From the NCBI GenBank assembly GCA_964016885.1, contig OZ024750.1, forward strand, positions 34,410,001-34,474,000: a DNA stretch of 64,000 nucleotides, in the 5' to 3' direction. This document shows positions 1-12,999 of this stretch, one piece after another (positions within the stretch are counted from its first letter, which is position 1; each line of letters begins with the position of its first letter). Below the pieces are notes generated by a model. That model saw nothing but the letters and a program-made list of their open reading frames with translations. It was not told the DNA's origin and made no database searches. Both the position numbers and the translations under genes were made by a program. This DNA is from Eledone cirrhosa (Eukaryota).

Positions 1-3000
1 ACCATCACAGTACATACTATTGTAGCCATCATCACCATCACAGTACTTACCATTGTAGCCATCATCACCATCACAGTACATACTATTGTAGCCATCATCA
101 CCATCACAGTACATATTATTGTAGCTATCATCACCATCACAGTACATACTATTGTAGCTATCATCACCATCACAGTACATACTATTGTAGCTATCATCAC
201 CATCACAGTACATACTATTGTAGCTACCATCACCATCACAGTACATACTATTGTAGCTATCATCACCATCACAGTACATACTATTGTAGCTATCATCACC
301 ATCTCAGTACATACTATTGTAGCCATCATCACCATCACAGTACATACTATTGTAGCTGTCATCACCATCACAGTACATACTATTGTAGCCATCACCATCA
401 CAGTACATACTATTGTAGCCATCATCACCATCACAGTACATACTATTGTAGCCATCATCACCATCACAGTACATACTATTGTAGCCATCATCACCATCAC
501 AGTACATACTATTGTAGCCATCATCACCATCACAGTACATACTATTGTAGCCATCATCACCATCACAGTACATACTATTGTAGCCATCATCACCATCACA
601 GTACATACTATTGTAGCCATCACCATCACAGTACATACTATTGTAGCCATCATCACCATCACAGTACATACTATTGTAGCCATCATCACCATCACAGTAC
701 ATACTATTGTAGCCATCATCACCATCACAGTACATACTATTGTAGCCATCATCACCATCACAGTACATACTATTGTAGCTATCATCACCATCACAGTACA
801 TACCATTGTAGCCATCATCACCATCACAGTACATACTATTGTAGCTATCATCACCATCACAGTACATACTATTGTAGCCATCATCACCATCACAGTACAT
901 ACTATTGTAGCTATCATCACCATCACAGTACATACTATTGTAGCCATCATCACCATCACAGTACATACTATTGTAGCTATCATCACCATCACAGTACATA
1001 CTATTGTAGCCATCATCACCATCACAGTACATACTATTGTAGCCATCATCACCATCACAGTACATACTATTGTAGCCATCACCATCACAGTACATACTAT
1101 TGTAGCCATCATCACCATCACAGTACATACTATTGTAGCCATCACCATCACAGTACATACTATTGTAGCCATCATCACCATCACAGTACATACTATTGTA
1201 GCTGTCATCACCATCACAGTACATACTATTGTAGCTATCATCACCATCACAGTACATACTATTGTAGCCATCATCACCATCACAGTACATACTATTGTAG
1301 CCATCATCACCATCACAGTACATACTATTGTAGCCATCACCATCACAGTACATACTATTGTAGCTACCATCACCATCACAGTACATACTATTGTAGCTGT
1401 CATCACCATCACAGTACATACTATTGTAGCTGTCATCACCATCACAGTACATACTATTGTAGCTACCATCACCATCACAGTACATACTATTGTAGCTACC
1501 ATCACCATCACAGTACATACTATTGTAGCCATCATCACCATCACAGTACATACTATTGTACCCAACATCCCCATCACAGTACATACTATTGTAGCTATCA
1601 TCACCATCACAGTACATACTATTGTAGCTGTCATCACTATCACGGTACATACTATTGTAGCTGTCATCACCATCACAGTACATACTATTGTAGCTACCAT
1701 CACCATCACAGTACATACTATTGTAGCTATCATCACCATCACAGTACATACTATTGTAGCTATCATCACCATCACAGTACATACTATTGTAGCCATCATC
1801 ACCATCACAGTACATACTATTGTAGCTATCATCACCATCACAGTACATACCATTGTAGCCATCATCACCATCACAGTACATACTATTGTAGCTATCATCA
1901 CCATCACAGTACATACTATTGTAGCTGTCATCACCATCACAGTACATACTATTGTAGCTACCATCACCATCACAGTACATACTATTGTAGCCATCATCAC
2001 CATCACAGTACATACTATTGTAGCCATCATCACCATCACAGTACATACTATTGTAGCCATCATCACCATCACAGTACATACTATTGTAGCCATCATCACC
2101 ATCACAGTACATACTATTGTAGCCATCATCACCATCACAGTACATACTATTGTAGCTATCATCACCATCACAGTACATACCATTGTAGCCATCATCACCA
2201 TCACAGTACATACTATTGTAGCCATCATCACCATCACAGTACATATTATTGTAGCTATCATCACCATCACAGTACATACTATTGTAGCCATCATCACCAT
2301 CACAGTACATACCATTGTAGCCATCATCACCATCACAGTACATACTATTGTAGCTACCATCACCATCACAGTACATACTATTGTAGCCATCATCACCATC
2401 ACAGTACATACTATTGTAGCCATCATCACCATCACGGTACATACCATTGTAGCTGTCATCACCATCACAGTACATACTATTGTAGCCATCATCACCATCA
2501 CAGTACATATTATTGTAGCTATCATCACCATCACAGTACATACTATTGTAGCTATCATCACCATCACAGTACATACTATTGTAGCTATCATCACCATCAC
2601 AGTACATACTATTGTAGCCATCATCACCATCACAGTACATACTATTGTAGCTATCATCACCATCACAGTACATACTATTGTAGCCATCATCACCATCACA
2701 GTACATACTATTGTAGCTATCATCACCATCACAGTACATACTATTGTAGCCATCATCACCATCACAGTACATACCATTGTAGCTGTCATCACCATCACAG
2801 TACATACTATTGTAGCCATCATCACCATCACAGTACATACTATTGTAGCCATCATCACCATCACAGTACATACTATTGTAGCCATCATCACCATAACAGT
2901 ACATATTATTGTAGCTATCATCACCATCACAATACATACTATTGTAGCTATCATCACCATCACAGTACATACTATTGTAGCTATCATCACCATCACAGTA

Positions 3001-5060
3001 CATACCATTGTAGCCAACATCACCATCACAGTACATACTATTGTAGCTATCATCACCATCACAGTACATACCATTGTAGCCATCATCACCATCACAGTAC
3101 ATACTATTGTAGCTGTCATCACCATCACAGTACATACCATTGTAGCCATCATCACCATCACAGTACATACTATTGTAGCCATCATCACCATCACAGTACA
3201 TACTATTGTAGCCATCATCACCATCACAGTACATACTGTTGTAGCCATCATCACCATCACAGTACATATTATTGTAGCCATCATCACCATCACAGTACAT
3301 ACTATTGTAGCCATCATCACCATCACAGTACATACTATTGTAGCTATCATCACCATCACAGTACATACTATTGTAGCTATCATCACCATCACAGTACATA
3401 GCATTGTAGCCATCATCACCATCACAGTACATACTATTATAGCTGTCATCACCATCACAGTACATACTATTGTAGCCATCATCACCATCACAGTACATAC
3501 TATTGTAGCGATCATCACCATCACAGTTCATACTATTGTAGCTATCATCGCCATCACAGTACATACTATTATAGCCATCACCATCACAGTACATACTTTT
3601 GTAGCCATCATCACCATCACAGTACATACTATTGTAGCCATCACCATCACAGTACATACTATTGTAGCCATCATCACCATCACAGTACATACTATTGTAG
3701 CTATCATCACCATCACAGTACATACTATTGTAGCCATCATCACCATCACAGTACATACTATTGTAGCTATCATCACCATCACAGTACATACTATTGTAGC
3801 CATCATCACCATCACAGTACATACTATTGTAGCTATCATCACCATCACAGTACATACTATTGTAGCCATCATCACCATCACAGTACATACCTTTGTAGCT
3901 ATCATCACCATCACAGTACATACTATTGTAGCTATCATCACCATCACAGTACATACTATTGTAGCCATCACCATCACAGTACATACTATTGTAGCCATCA
4001 TCACCATCACAGTACATACTATTGTAGCTATCATCACCATCACAGTACATACTATTGTAGCCATCACCATCACAGTACATACTATTGTAGCCATCATCAC
4101 CATCACAGTACATACTATTGTAGCTATCATCACCACCACAGTACATACTATTGTAGCCATCATCACCATCACAGTACATACCATTGTAGCCATCATCACC
4201 ATCACAGTACATACTATTGTAGCTATCATCACCATCACAGTACATACTATTGTAGCCATCACCATCACAGTACATACTATTGTAGCTACCATCACCATCA
4301 CAGTACATACTATTGTAGCCATCATCACCATCACAGTACATACTATTGTAGCCATCACCATCACAGTACATACTATTGTAGCCATCACCATCACAGTACA
4401 TACTATTGTAGCCATCATTACCATCACAGTACATACTATTGTAGCTGTCATCACCATCACAGTACATACTATTGTAGTCATCACCATCACAGTACATACC
4501 ATTGTAGCCATCATCACCATCACAGTACATACTATTGTAGCCATCATCACCATCACAGTACATACTATTGTAGCTACCATCACCATCACAGTACATACTA
4601 TTGTAGCTGTCATCACCATCACAGTACATACTATTGTAGTCATCACCATCACAGTACATACTATTGTAGCCATCATCACTATCACAGTACATACTATTGT
4701 AGCCATCATCACCATCACAGTACATACTATTGTAGCCATCATCACCATCACAGTACATACTATTGTAGCCATCATCACCATCACAGTACATACTATTGTA
4801 GCCATCATCACCATCACAGTACATACTATTGTAGCCATCATCACCATCACAGTACATACTATTGTAGCCATCATCACCATCACAGTACATAATATTGTAG
4901 CCATCATCATAACCACCATAGTATATGTTATAGCCATCACAATCATCATCGTCACCATAGTATATGTTATAGCCATCACAATCATCATCACCACCATCAC
5001 CATCATAATCACAGTACCTAACATTGTAGTCATCATCATCCTCATCATACAACATAATCA
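1..5060. repeat. 33-bp minisatellite (GCCATCATCACCATCACAGTACATACTATTGTA) with 30-bp variants; runs off the window start
   Basis: Near-perfect tandem units to about 4890, degenerating into (ATC)n-like sequence by 5060. Explains the 1585-aa and 506-aa ORFs. Confidence 0.97.
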
Positions 5061-5109
5061 TCTGTGGAGCATTTGATAAAAATTCTAATTGAGAAGTTTG
5101 TGTGAGAGT

Positions 5110-6290
5110 GTAGAAAGCTTGCTAAACAGGGGCTAGGAGGACCCTTCAGTTTGTGTGAGAGTGTATATTCAATTGGGATCAGTAAATCATTTTTGGACAT
5201 ATAAAAACTCCCAGTATATTGTGTAAAGTTTTGGGGTCAGGAAATCCAGCTGTAGAAAGCTTGCTAAACAGGGGCTAGGAGGACCCTTCAGTTTGTGTGA
5301 GAGTGTATATTCAATTGGGATCAGTAAATCATTTTTGGACATATAAAAACACCCAGTATATGCTGTAAAGTGTTGGGGTCAGGAAATCCAGCTGTAGAAA
5401 GCTTGCTAAACAGGGGCTAGGAGGACCCTTCAGTTTGTGTGAGAGTGTATATTCAATTGGGATCAGTAAATCATTTTTGGACATATAAAAACACCCAGTA
5501 TATGCTGTAAAGTGTTGGGGTTAGGAAATCCAGCTGTAGAAAGCTTGCTAAACAGGGGCTAGGAGGACCCTTCAGTTTGTGTGAGAGTGTATATTCAATT
5601 GGGATCAGTAAATCATTTTTGGACATATAAAAACTCCCAGTATATTGTGTAAAGTGTTGGGGTCAGGAAATCCAGCTGTAGAAAGCTTGCTAATCAGGGG
5701 CTAGGAGGACCCTTCAGTTTGTGTGAGAGTGTATATTCAATTGGGATCAGTAAATCATTTTTGGACATATAAAAACACCCAGTATATGCTGTAGTGTTGG
5801 GGTTAGGAAATCCAGCTGTAGAAAGCTTGCTAAACAGGGGCTAGGAGAACCCTTCAGTTTGTGTGAGAGTGTATATTCAATTGGGATCAGTAAATGATTT
5901 TTGGACATATAAAAACTCCCAGTATATTGTGTAAATTGTTGGGGTCAGGAAATCCAGCTGTAGAAAGCTTGCTAAACAGGGGCTAGGAGGACCCTTCAGT
6001 TTATGTGAGAGTGTATATTCAATTGGGATCAGTAAATCATTTTTGGACATATAAAAACACCCAGTATATGCTCTAAAGTGTTGGGGTCAGGAAATCCAGC
6101 TGTAGAAAGCTTGCTAAACAGGGGCTAGGAGGACCCTTCAGTTTGTTTGAGAGTGTATATTCAATTGGGATCAGTAAATCATTTTTGGACATATAAAAAC
6201 ACCCAGTATATGGTGTAAAGTGTTGGGGTCAGGAAATCCAGCTGTAGTAAGCTTGCTAAACAGGGGCTAGGAGGACCCTTCAGTTTGTTT
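5110..6290. repeat. 142-bp tandem repeat, about 8.3 copies
   Basis: The GTAGAAAGCTTGC register recurs at 5110, 5252, 5394, 5536, 5678, 5818, 5960, 6102 and 6244 (last copy GTAGTAAGC). Confidence 0.95.
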
Positions 6291-6440
6291 CAAAAGACAA
6301 CTTCTCCTTTGCACTCGATATGATCATATGTAAGTGGGATGCTGACCTCTCAGCTTGTCTGGAATGTCAGTAGTTCTGCTTCAGTACTGACTTGGTCTAG
6401 GTAGACCTGTCCAACCCTTGCTAGCAGGGATGTTAAATAA
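6290..6440 (+). mobile_element. 3' end of an RTE-tailed retroposon (family C); related copies at about 24115-24290 (-), 31420-31550 (-) and 52677-52845 (-)
   Basis: Shared CCAACCCTTGCTAGCAGGGA...TGTTAAA terminus resembling the RTE 3' stem-loop and (TGA)n end, plus upstream similarity among the copies. Confidence 0.6.
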
Positions 6441-6632
6441 TAATTGTTTCTACTTTTGGTACAAGGCCAGCTATTACTCCAGTACATTACTGGTACTTTA
6501 TTTTATCGACCCCGTAAGGATGAAAGGCAAAGTTAAACTCTGCGGGATTCAAAATCAAAATGTAAAGGGCCTGTAACTCTATGCTGCAAAGCATGGCGTC
6601 CAACTCTCTACCGATACTGCCAATCCCTGCTC
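6441..6632 (-). mobile_element. tRNA-derived SINE, family A
   Basis: Reverse complement gives TGGCAGTATCGGTAG (A box), a degenerate B box, core TTTGCCTTTCATCCTTACGGGGTCGATAAAATAAAGTACCAG and an (ATT)n tail. Confidence 0.85.
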
Positions 6633-6682
6633 CCCAAATCATCATCATCATCACCGTTTTACATCCATTATTCCATGCTAAT

Positions 6683-6866
6683 GCGGTGGATTGGCAGTAT
6701 CGGTAGAAGGTTCGATGCCATGCTTTGCAGCATCGAGTTACGGCCCTTTACAGCCTGAGTTCAAATCCGAGGTTAACTTTGCCTTTCATCCTTTCAGGAT
6801 CGATAAAATTAAGTACCAGTAATGCACTGGAATAATTGCTGACGTTGTGCGAAAAGTATAAACAAA
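6683..6866 (+). mobile_element. tRNA-derived SINE, family A, with 12-bp TSD
   Basis: A box TGGCAGTATCGG, B box GAGTTCAAATCC and the family core. TATTCCA[T/C]GCTA flanks it at 6669-6680 and 6867-6878. Confidence 0.85.
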
Positions 6867-7199
6867 TATTCCACGCTAGCATGTGTTAGACGAGTTGTCT
6901 TTTGTGGGCAATGCTAGTACAGGTGACCATGTCTTGTTCATACAGGACTGATTATATACTTCAGCTTCGGTCTGTGCCCGTGGGAAGTCGGTTGTTTTAG
7001 ATGTACAAAACTGATGACAAATTCTGCTGCAACTCAGAGTTTCCCTTGATGTTCTTCAGTCACTGATTTGACATTTGAATTCTAACAGAATTTATTTGTT
7101 TCGAATCCAAATGTCGTATCTATCACCTGAATGATTGGTTGAGGAATGGTAAACTTTGAACAGTCTACTAGGGTAAAGCTTGAATGTCACACAATCTGA

Positions 7200-7200
7200 A

Positions 7201-7233
<33 letters not shown>

Positions 7234-7930
7234 ATATACACACACAATATACACACACATACATCAACACAGACACACTCACACACACATGCATACACCA
7301 ACACACATGCATACACCAACACATATGCATACACCAACACACATGCATACACCAACACACATGCATACACCAACACACATGCATACACCAACACACATGC
7401 ATACACCAAGACACGCACAACATACACATACACACAACACACACACTAACACACACACTAACACCCACACTAACACACACACTAACACACACACTAACAC
7501 ACACACTAACACACACACTAACACACACACACTAACACACACAACACACACAATACATACACCAACACACACTAACACATATATCAACACACACACACCC
7601 ACATACACCAACACACACACACAAACACACACACAACATACACCAACACACAACATACACACACACATAAACACACACACACACTACATACACCAACACA
7701 CCCACACATAAACACACACACACACTACATACACCAACACACACACACATAAACACACACAACACCAACACACATAAACACATATATCAACACACACACC
7801 CACATACACCAACACACACACACACATACACACACACACACCACATACACCAACACACACACACCAACACACACAACACATACACCAACACACACATAAA
7901 CACACACAACACATACACCAACACACACAC
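7200..7930. repeat. Compound (CA)n-rich microsatellite
   Basis: CA runs with ACCA/ACTA/GCAT interruptions. Source of the HT/CV-rich spurious ORFs. Confidence 0.95.
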
Positions 7931-8160
7931 CTACTTATTTACTGGGTGTGGTATTAGAGTAGAGAGGTAATACTCCACCTCCATTTTGTTCTTTTATGTC
8001 GCTCATAAAAGTGTAGCCGTGTATCAATGATGATGGACAGACTCTTGTCACTTGACAACATAGTAAACAGCTTCTCTACTGCTACAACAGCACATCCTAG
8101 GAGACACCATTATTTACATATTCTCGTAATATTTATTGCTTCAACATAGCTATTATTATT

Positions 8161-9045
8161 GGGGTCGATAAAATAAAGTACCAGTAATACACTGGGTAAT
8201 TGCTGGCCTTGTGCCAAACGTGGAAACAATTATTAGTGGATTGGCAGTATCGGTAGAGGGTCGGACACCATGCTTTGGGGCATAGAGTTACGGCCCTTTA
8301 TGGTCTGAGTTAAAATCCAGTCGTGGTTAACTTTGCCTTTCATCCTTACGGGGTCGATAAAATAAAGTGCCAGTAATGTACTGGGTAATTGCTGGCCTTG
8401 TGCCAAAAGTAGAAACAATTATTTACATATTCTCGTAATATTTATTGCTTCAACATAGCTATTATTATTAGTGGATTGGCGCATAGAGTTACGGCCCTTG
8501 CCATTCTGAGTTCAAATCCCGCCGAGGTTAACTTTGCCTTTTATCCTTACAGGGTCGATAAAATAAAGTACCAGTAATACACTGGGATAATTGCTGGCCT
8601 TGTGCCTATATAAGAAACCATTATTAGGGTGGTGGATTGCCAATATCGGTAGAGCGACACACCATGCTTCACAGCAGAGTTGCGGCCCTTTACGTTCCGA
8701 GTTCAAATCCCGCCGAGGTTAACTCTGCCTGCCATCATTATGAGGTCGTTAAAATAAAGTACCAGTAATGCACTGGGGTTGATTTAGTTGATGACTTTCC
8801 CCTCCCCTTCAAATTGCTGGCCTTGTGCCTATAGTAGAAATTCTTATTATATTAGGGTGGTGGATTGGCAGTATTGGTAGAGCATTGGACACCATGCTTT
8901 GTGGCATAGAGTTACGGCCCTTTACGTTCTGGGTTCAAATCCAGTTGCGGTTAGCTTTGCCTTTCATCCTTATGGGGTCGATAAAATAAAGTACCAGTAA
9001 TGCACTGGGTAATTGCTGGCCTTGTGCCAAAAGTAGAAACAATTA
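8161..9045 (+). mobile_element. Head-to-tail cluster of five family A SINE copies or fragments
   Basis: The core GTCGATAAAATAAAGTACCAG (or a near match) recurs five times, each copy ending CCTTGTGCC...AGAAA followed by (ATT)n. Confidence 0.85.
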
Positions 9046-9654
9046 TAATTTTTTCCTTTTAATGAATGTTAATGAAACTATTGAAATATATTCAAAATAT
9101 TTTAGATATTTTCTATGTTTGAATTCAAATTTAGTTGAAGTATCTTCTAATAAATGCTAGTACTTTGTAATTTAGTTGATAACGATAATAATGATGTTAA
9201 TGATAATAATGACACTAACGAGAATAACTATAATAATTGTTTCTTTAATGAAACTAACGATACTAATCAATTTGCAAATTTCAGAGCATCAAATATTATA
9301 TTCTATGGAAATTTAATTTTCAAATTGAAATATCTTATAAATATTATTAGCAACATTAATTAATAGACTTTTAATATTTATATGTGATTATATATATTAA
9401 CAAATATTTTTACTGGAAATGTCTTAATATTTCTTCTCTTGATAACTAATTTATTCATTATTTGATTTTAAGCGAAAAAGTATTAAAAAGTACAGTTTTA
9501 ATATCATTCATCTCCATTATTTTGTTAATGTTCGTTTTATTCAGCCCAGCATTATTAAGCCTGTCTTTGAAGTTCAGCATCAAAGATAATGGTAATGACC
9601 TCATCACTCTCTCTCTCTATTAATGTTTTACACTTTTTCACCTATTTCTATCAC

Positions 9655-9860
9655 ATGTCTACCAGTGTCTATTAGTGTAGTGTACACACATAAGCTAGCT
9701 AACACACGTCTACCAGTCTAGTGTACACACACAACACACGCCTACCAGTGTAGTGTACACACACGTCTACCAATCTAGTGTACACACAACACATGTCTAC
9801 CAGTCTAGTGTACACACACAACACGTCTACCAGTGTAGTGTACACACACAACACGTCTAC
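9655..9860. repeat. About 30-bp minisatellite (GTCTACCAGTCTAGTGTACACACACAACAC)
   Basis: About six imperfect tandem units. Confidence 0.85.
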
Positions 9861-9897
9861 CTTTTGGGTATATATAGGTAACCACAGCCACAAGGGA

Positions 9898-10330
9898 TGA
9901 CATGTAGTGTTGTAAAGTTAGACCACTTCTGTTGCTACATGTAGTGTTGTAAAGTTAGACCACTCCTGTTGCCACATGTAGTGTTGTAAAGTTAGACCAC
10001 CCCTGTTGCCACATGTAGTGTTGTAAAGTTAGACCACTCCTGCTGCCACATGTAGTGTTGTAAAGTTAGACCACTCCTGTTGCCACATGTAGTGTTGTAA
10101 AGCTAGACCACTCCCGTTGCCACATGTAGTGTTGTAAAGCTAGACCACTCCCATTGCCACATGTAGTGTTGTAAAGTTAGACCACTCCTGTTGCCACATG
10201 TAGTGTTGTAAAGTTAGACCACTCCCGTTGCCACATGTAGTGTTGTAAAGTTAGACCACTCCCGTTGCCACATGTAGTGTTGTAAAGTTAGACCACTTGT
10301 GTCACCACATGTTCTGTTTGGCTATTCCTG
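9898..10330. repeat. 37-bp minisatellite (GCCACATGTAGTGTTGTAAAGTTAGACCACTCCTGTT), about 11 copies
   Basis: CATGTAGTG recurs at 9901, 9938, 9975 and onward with period 37. Confidence 0.95.
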
Positions 10331-10444
10331 TTGCCACATGTAGGGATATATGGACTGCCTCTGTTCTATATTGAACAGTCTGCTTACCATTTACCTGTAA
10401 CTACACATCTACACACCTGTTGATGTCATCATCCCATTGTATAG

Positions 10445-10925
10445 CTGGACAGACACACCTGTGTAGATACAGACACACACCTGTGTAGATACAGACCCCT
10501 CCCCTGTTCAGTGACACACACACCTGTATGACTTCCACACAGCTGTATACAGACACACACCCTGTTCAATGACACACACAGCTGTATGACTGCCACATAC
10601 CTGTATACAGACACACACCCTGTTCAGTGACACCCACACACCTGTATGACTGCCACACACCTGTATACAGACACACACCTGTATACAGACACACAACTGT
10701 ATACAGACACACACCTGTATACAGACACACACCTGTATACAGACACACACCTGTATACAGACACACACCTTGTTCAATGCCAAACACACCTGTATGACTG
10801 CCACACACACACACACCTGTATGACTGCCACACACCTGTATACAGACACACACCTTGTTCAATGCCACACACACACCTGTATGACTGCCACACACCTGTA
10901 TACAGGCACACACCTTGTTCAATGA
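10445..10925. repeat. Compound 18-20-bp minisatellite (CCTGTATACAGACACACA / CCTGTATGACTGCCACACA)
   Basis: Tandem interspersed variants. Confidence 0.9.
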
Positions 10926-11286
10926 AGAGACATCTTGAGACATTCTAACATCATATTTCAAGAAAACAGAGTGTAATGTTTAATTTTCTCAATTTGAAAA
11001 TATCTGCCTTCTTCTCCTCAATTTGCCAAATCAGTTTACTATGTTGTTTTTTTTCTTCACAGAAACTCTATCTCATCAACTTTGACCTGCCACCATTCAA
11101 ATTGAATATTAATAATTTCAATATCTTTATCTTGTAGGTTGAGATAGTTCTAAAATATGATAATTACTCCCAATTCCCTGATTAACTAATGAAAATAGGT
11201 CGTTAATAAAGTCTGCTTTTCTCTTAACTTCTGCATCTTGATTTATTTTTTAGTTGTATGGAAAGAAATCTTGTTTTTACTGATAA

Positions 11287-12999
11287 CACTGGACAAAAAA
11301 ATTAAATGTATTAAACTCATTATGAATCCAAACCAACTTTTTTAGACTAATTTTTCATGCTGATTTCAAAATTTCACTCCATTTGTATCAGCACGTATCA
11401 GTTTTTCAGTAGATACATGTAAATATTTACATATTTCTATATATGAAATCATTAACGTAATAAATAAGGACATATTATTTTTAGAAAGTAAATGAGTTTG
11501 AGTTAAATATCATCACTATCATTCTACAAAGAGTGAATACACAAAAGATGGGTCAGACAAAACAGACAAAGTTAGAACAACAGAGTTAGAAACATTGTGA
11601 TTTGGATTTCCTGTGGTTTTCCTGATCTGGTTGATCATGGTAAAGTGTCCAGCAGTAGTCAGCCAATATACTGTCATTCCAGAAGCCTTGGTACCGTTTC
11701 TCCATAGCACTAATATCCTGGTGAAATCTTTCACCATGTTCATCAGACACTGCTCTGCTCCAAGGTTATTTGCGAAGAAATCCAGATGGGAATCCAAGAA
11801 GTGAACATTCAGTGACATGCGACAACCCATTGCCGAGTAACATTTCAGAAGATTATTGATGCCATCCTTGTAGTCCATTGCCTTCTTGTTACCCAAGAAA
11901 TTCTCACAGATCCAATTGAAAGCATTCCAGGCAGGCAGTTCCAGTTCATCTAGTGTTGTCTTGAAGTTGACATCTTTGAGTACTTCTCTAATTTAAGATC
12001 TGGCAAAGATACCCTCTTTCAACTGTGTGATTTTGGGAAACTGTGTGATTTTGGGAAACTTTTCTACAATATACTCAAACCCTCTGGCATTTCTCTTTCC
12101 TGGTGTCTTTACAAACTGTTTCATCAGTCCAAGCTTTATGTGCAAAGGAGGCAATAAGACATTACATGGATCTACAAGAGGTGTATTCTTGATGCTAGAT
12201 TGTCCTGGCTGGTATGATGTTCTTGTCTGCCAGTTTGATTCCGCATAATGTCTGTCAGTTGCCCGACTATCCCATAGACACAAGGAACAACAGTATTTTG
12301 TGAAACCTGACTGCATTCCCATTAACATTCCAATGACTTTTAAATCTCCTCATATTTTCCATGAGTATCTTTCATAGGCAATGGCTGAGCAGATAAAATG
12401 TGGTGTCCATAACTTGTCCTGATATCCAAGAGGACAGTCAAAGTATAGCTTATAAATCTTCTTGCTCTCTGGTGTTATTGTACGTTTTTGAGCTTTCACA
12501 ATAAATTGTTCAGACATAACAAAACACATTAGGACGATTTCTACACTGTCTTTACATTGTTAACACTGTAAAACAAGTAAGGAAATAGATACAAACGGTT
12601 ATACTTATATTGAATTTGAGATGATGAAATATTTCATCAGACCAATTATTACTGGATAATTTGAGATGCTGGAATACCTATTTCATCAGAGAAAACTTGA
12701 TTGGTTAATTTAAGATGATGAAATATTGCAGCTGAACTATGCAGCAATGAATAATGTAGTTTATTTTAAAGTATGTTTGAATGTATTTTTAAGGTATGTT
12801 TCCATGATGTAAATGACAGACATGCATACACGTCATTAATTGGAATTTCTATATAATGCATGAGCTAAAACCCAAAACCTTTCTCATCTTGAAAACTGTA
12901 TATGATGTCAAAAAACTAATTGTATATTTGAAATCAGCATTAAAAACTACACTAAGTACACCTTGACATATGCTTGATGAAAATACTTGTTGACCAGTG
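11287..12999 (-). mobile_element. Chapaev3-type (CMC superfamily) DNA transposon, internally deleted
   Basis: Termini CACTGGACAA and TTGACCAGTG; TAA TSD at 11284-11286 and 13000-13002; subterminal inverted TTTT.ATGCTGATTTCAAA; transposase remnants inside. Confidence 0.85.
11586..12557 (-). pseudogene. Disrupted Chapaev-type transposase
   Basis: N-terminal CRNRPNVFCYV...YKLYFDCPLGYQDKLWTPHFIC; core GDLKV..MLMGMQSGFTKYCCSLCLWDSRA and LLPPLHIKLGLMKQFVK; C-terminal HFLDSHLDFF and VSDEHGERFHQDI...LADYCW. Contains stops, frameshifts and an 18-bp duplication (FPKITQ twice). Confidence 0.85.

Noticed and set aside
304-5061. 1585-aa (YNSMYCDGDDG)n ORF and the overlapping 506-aa ORF as genes
   Set aside because: They follow directly from a 33-bp unit with triplet indels. 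There is no signal peptide or unique domain, and the array continues past the stop.
5110-6290. Regularly spaced repeats as a CRISPR array (also 21870-23719 and 26491-27515)
   Set aside because: No unique spacers and no cas genes, in a eukaryotic context.
7025-7070. Minus-strand CTGAAGA...GAAACTCTGAGTT hammerhead-like string
   Set aside because: Stem III pairs, but stems I and II do not.
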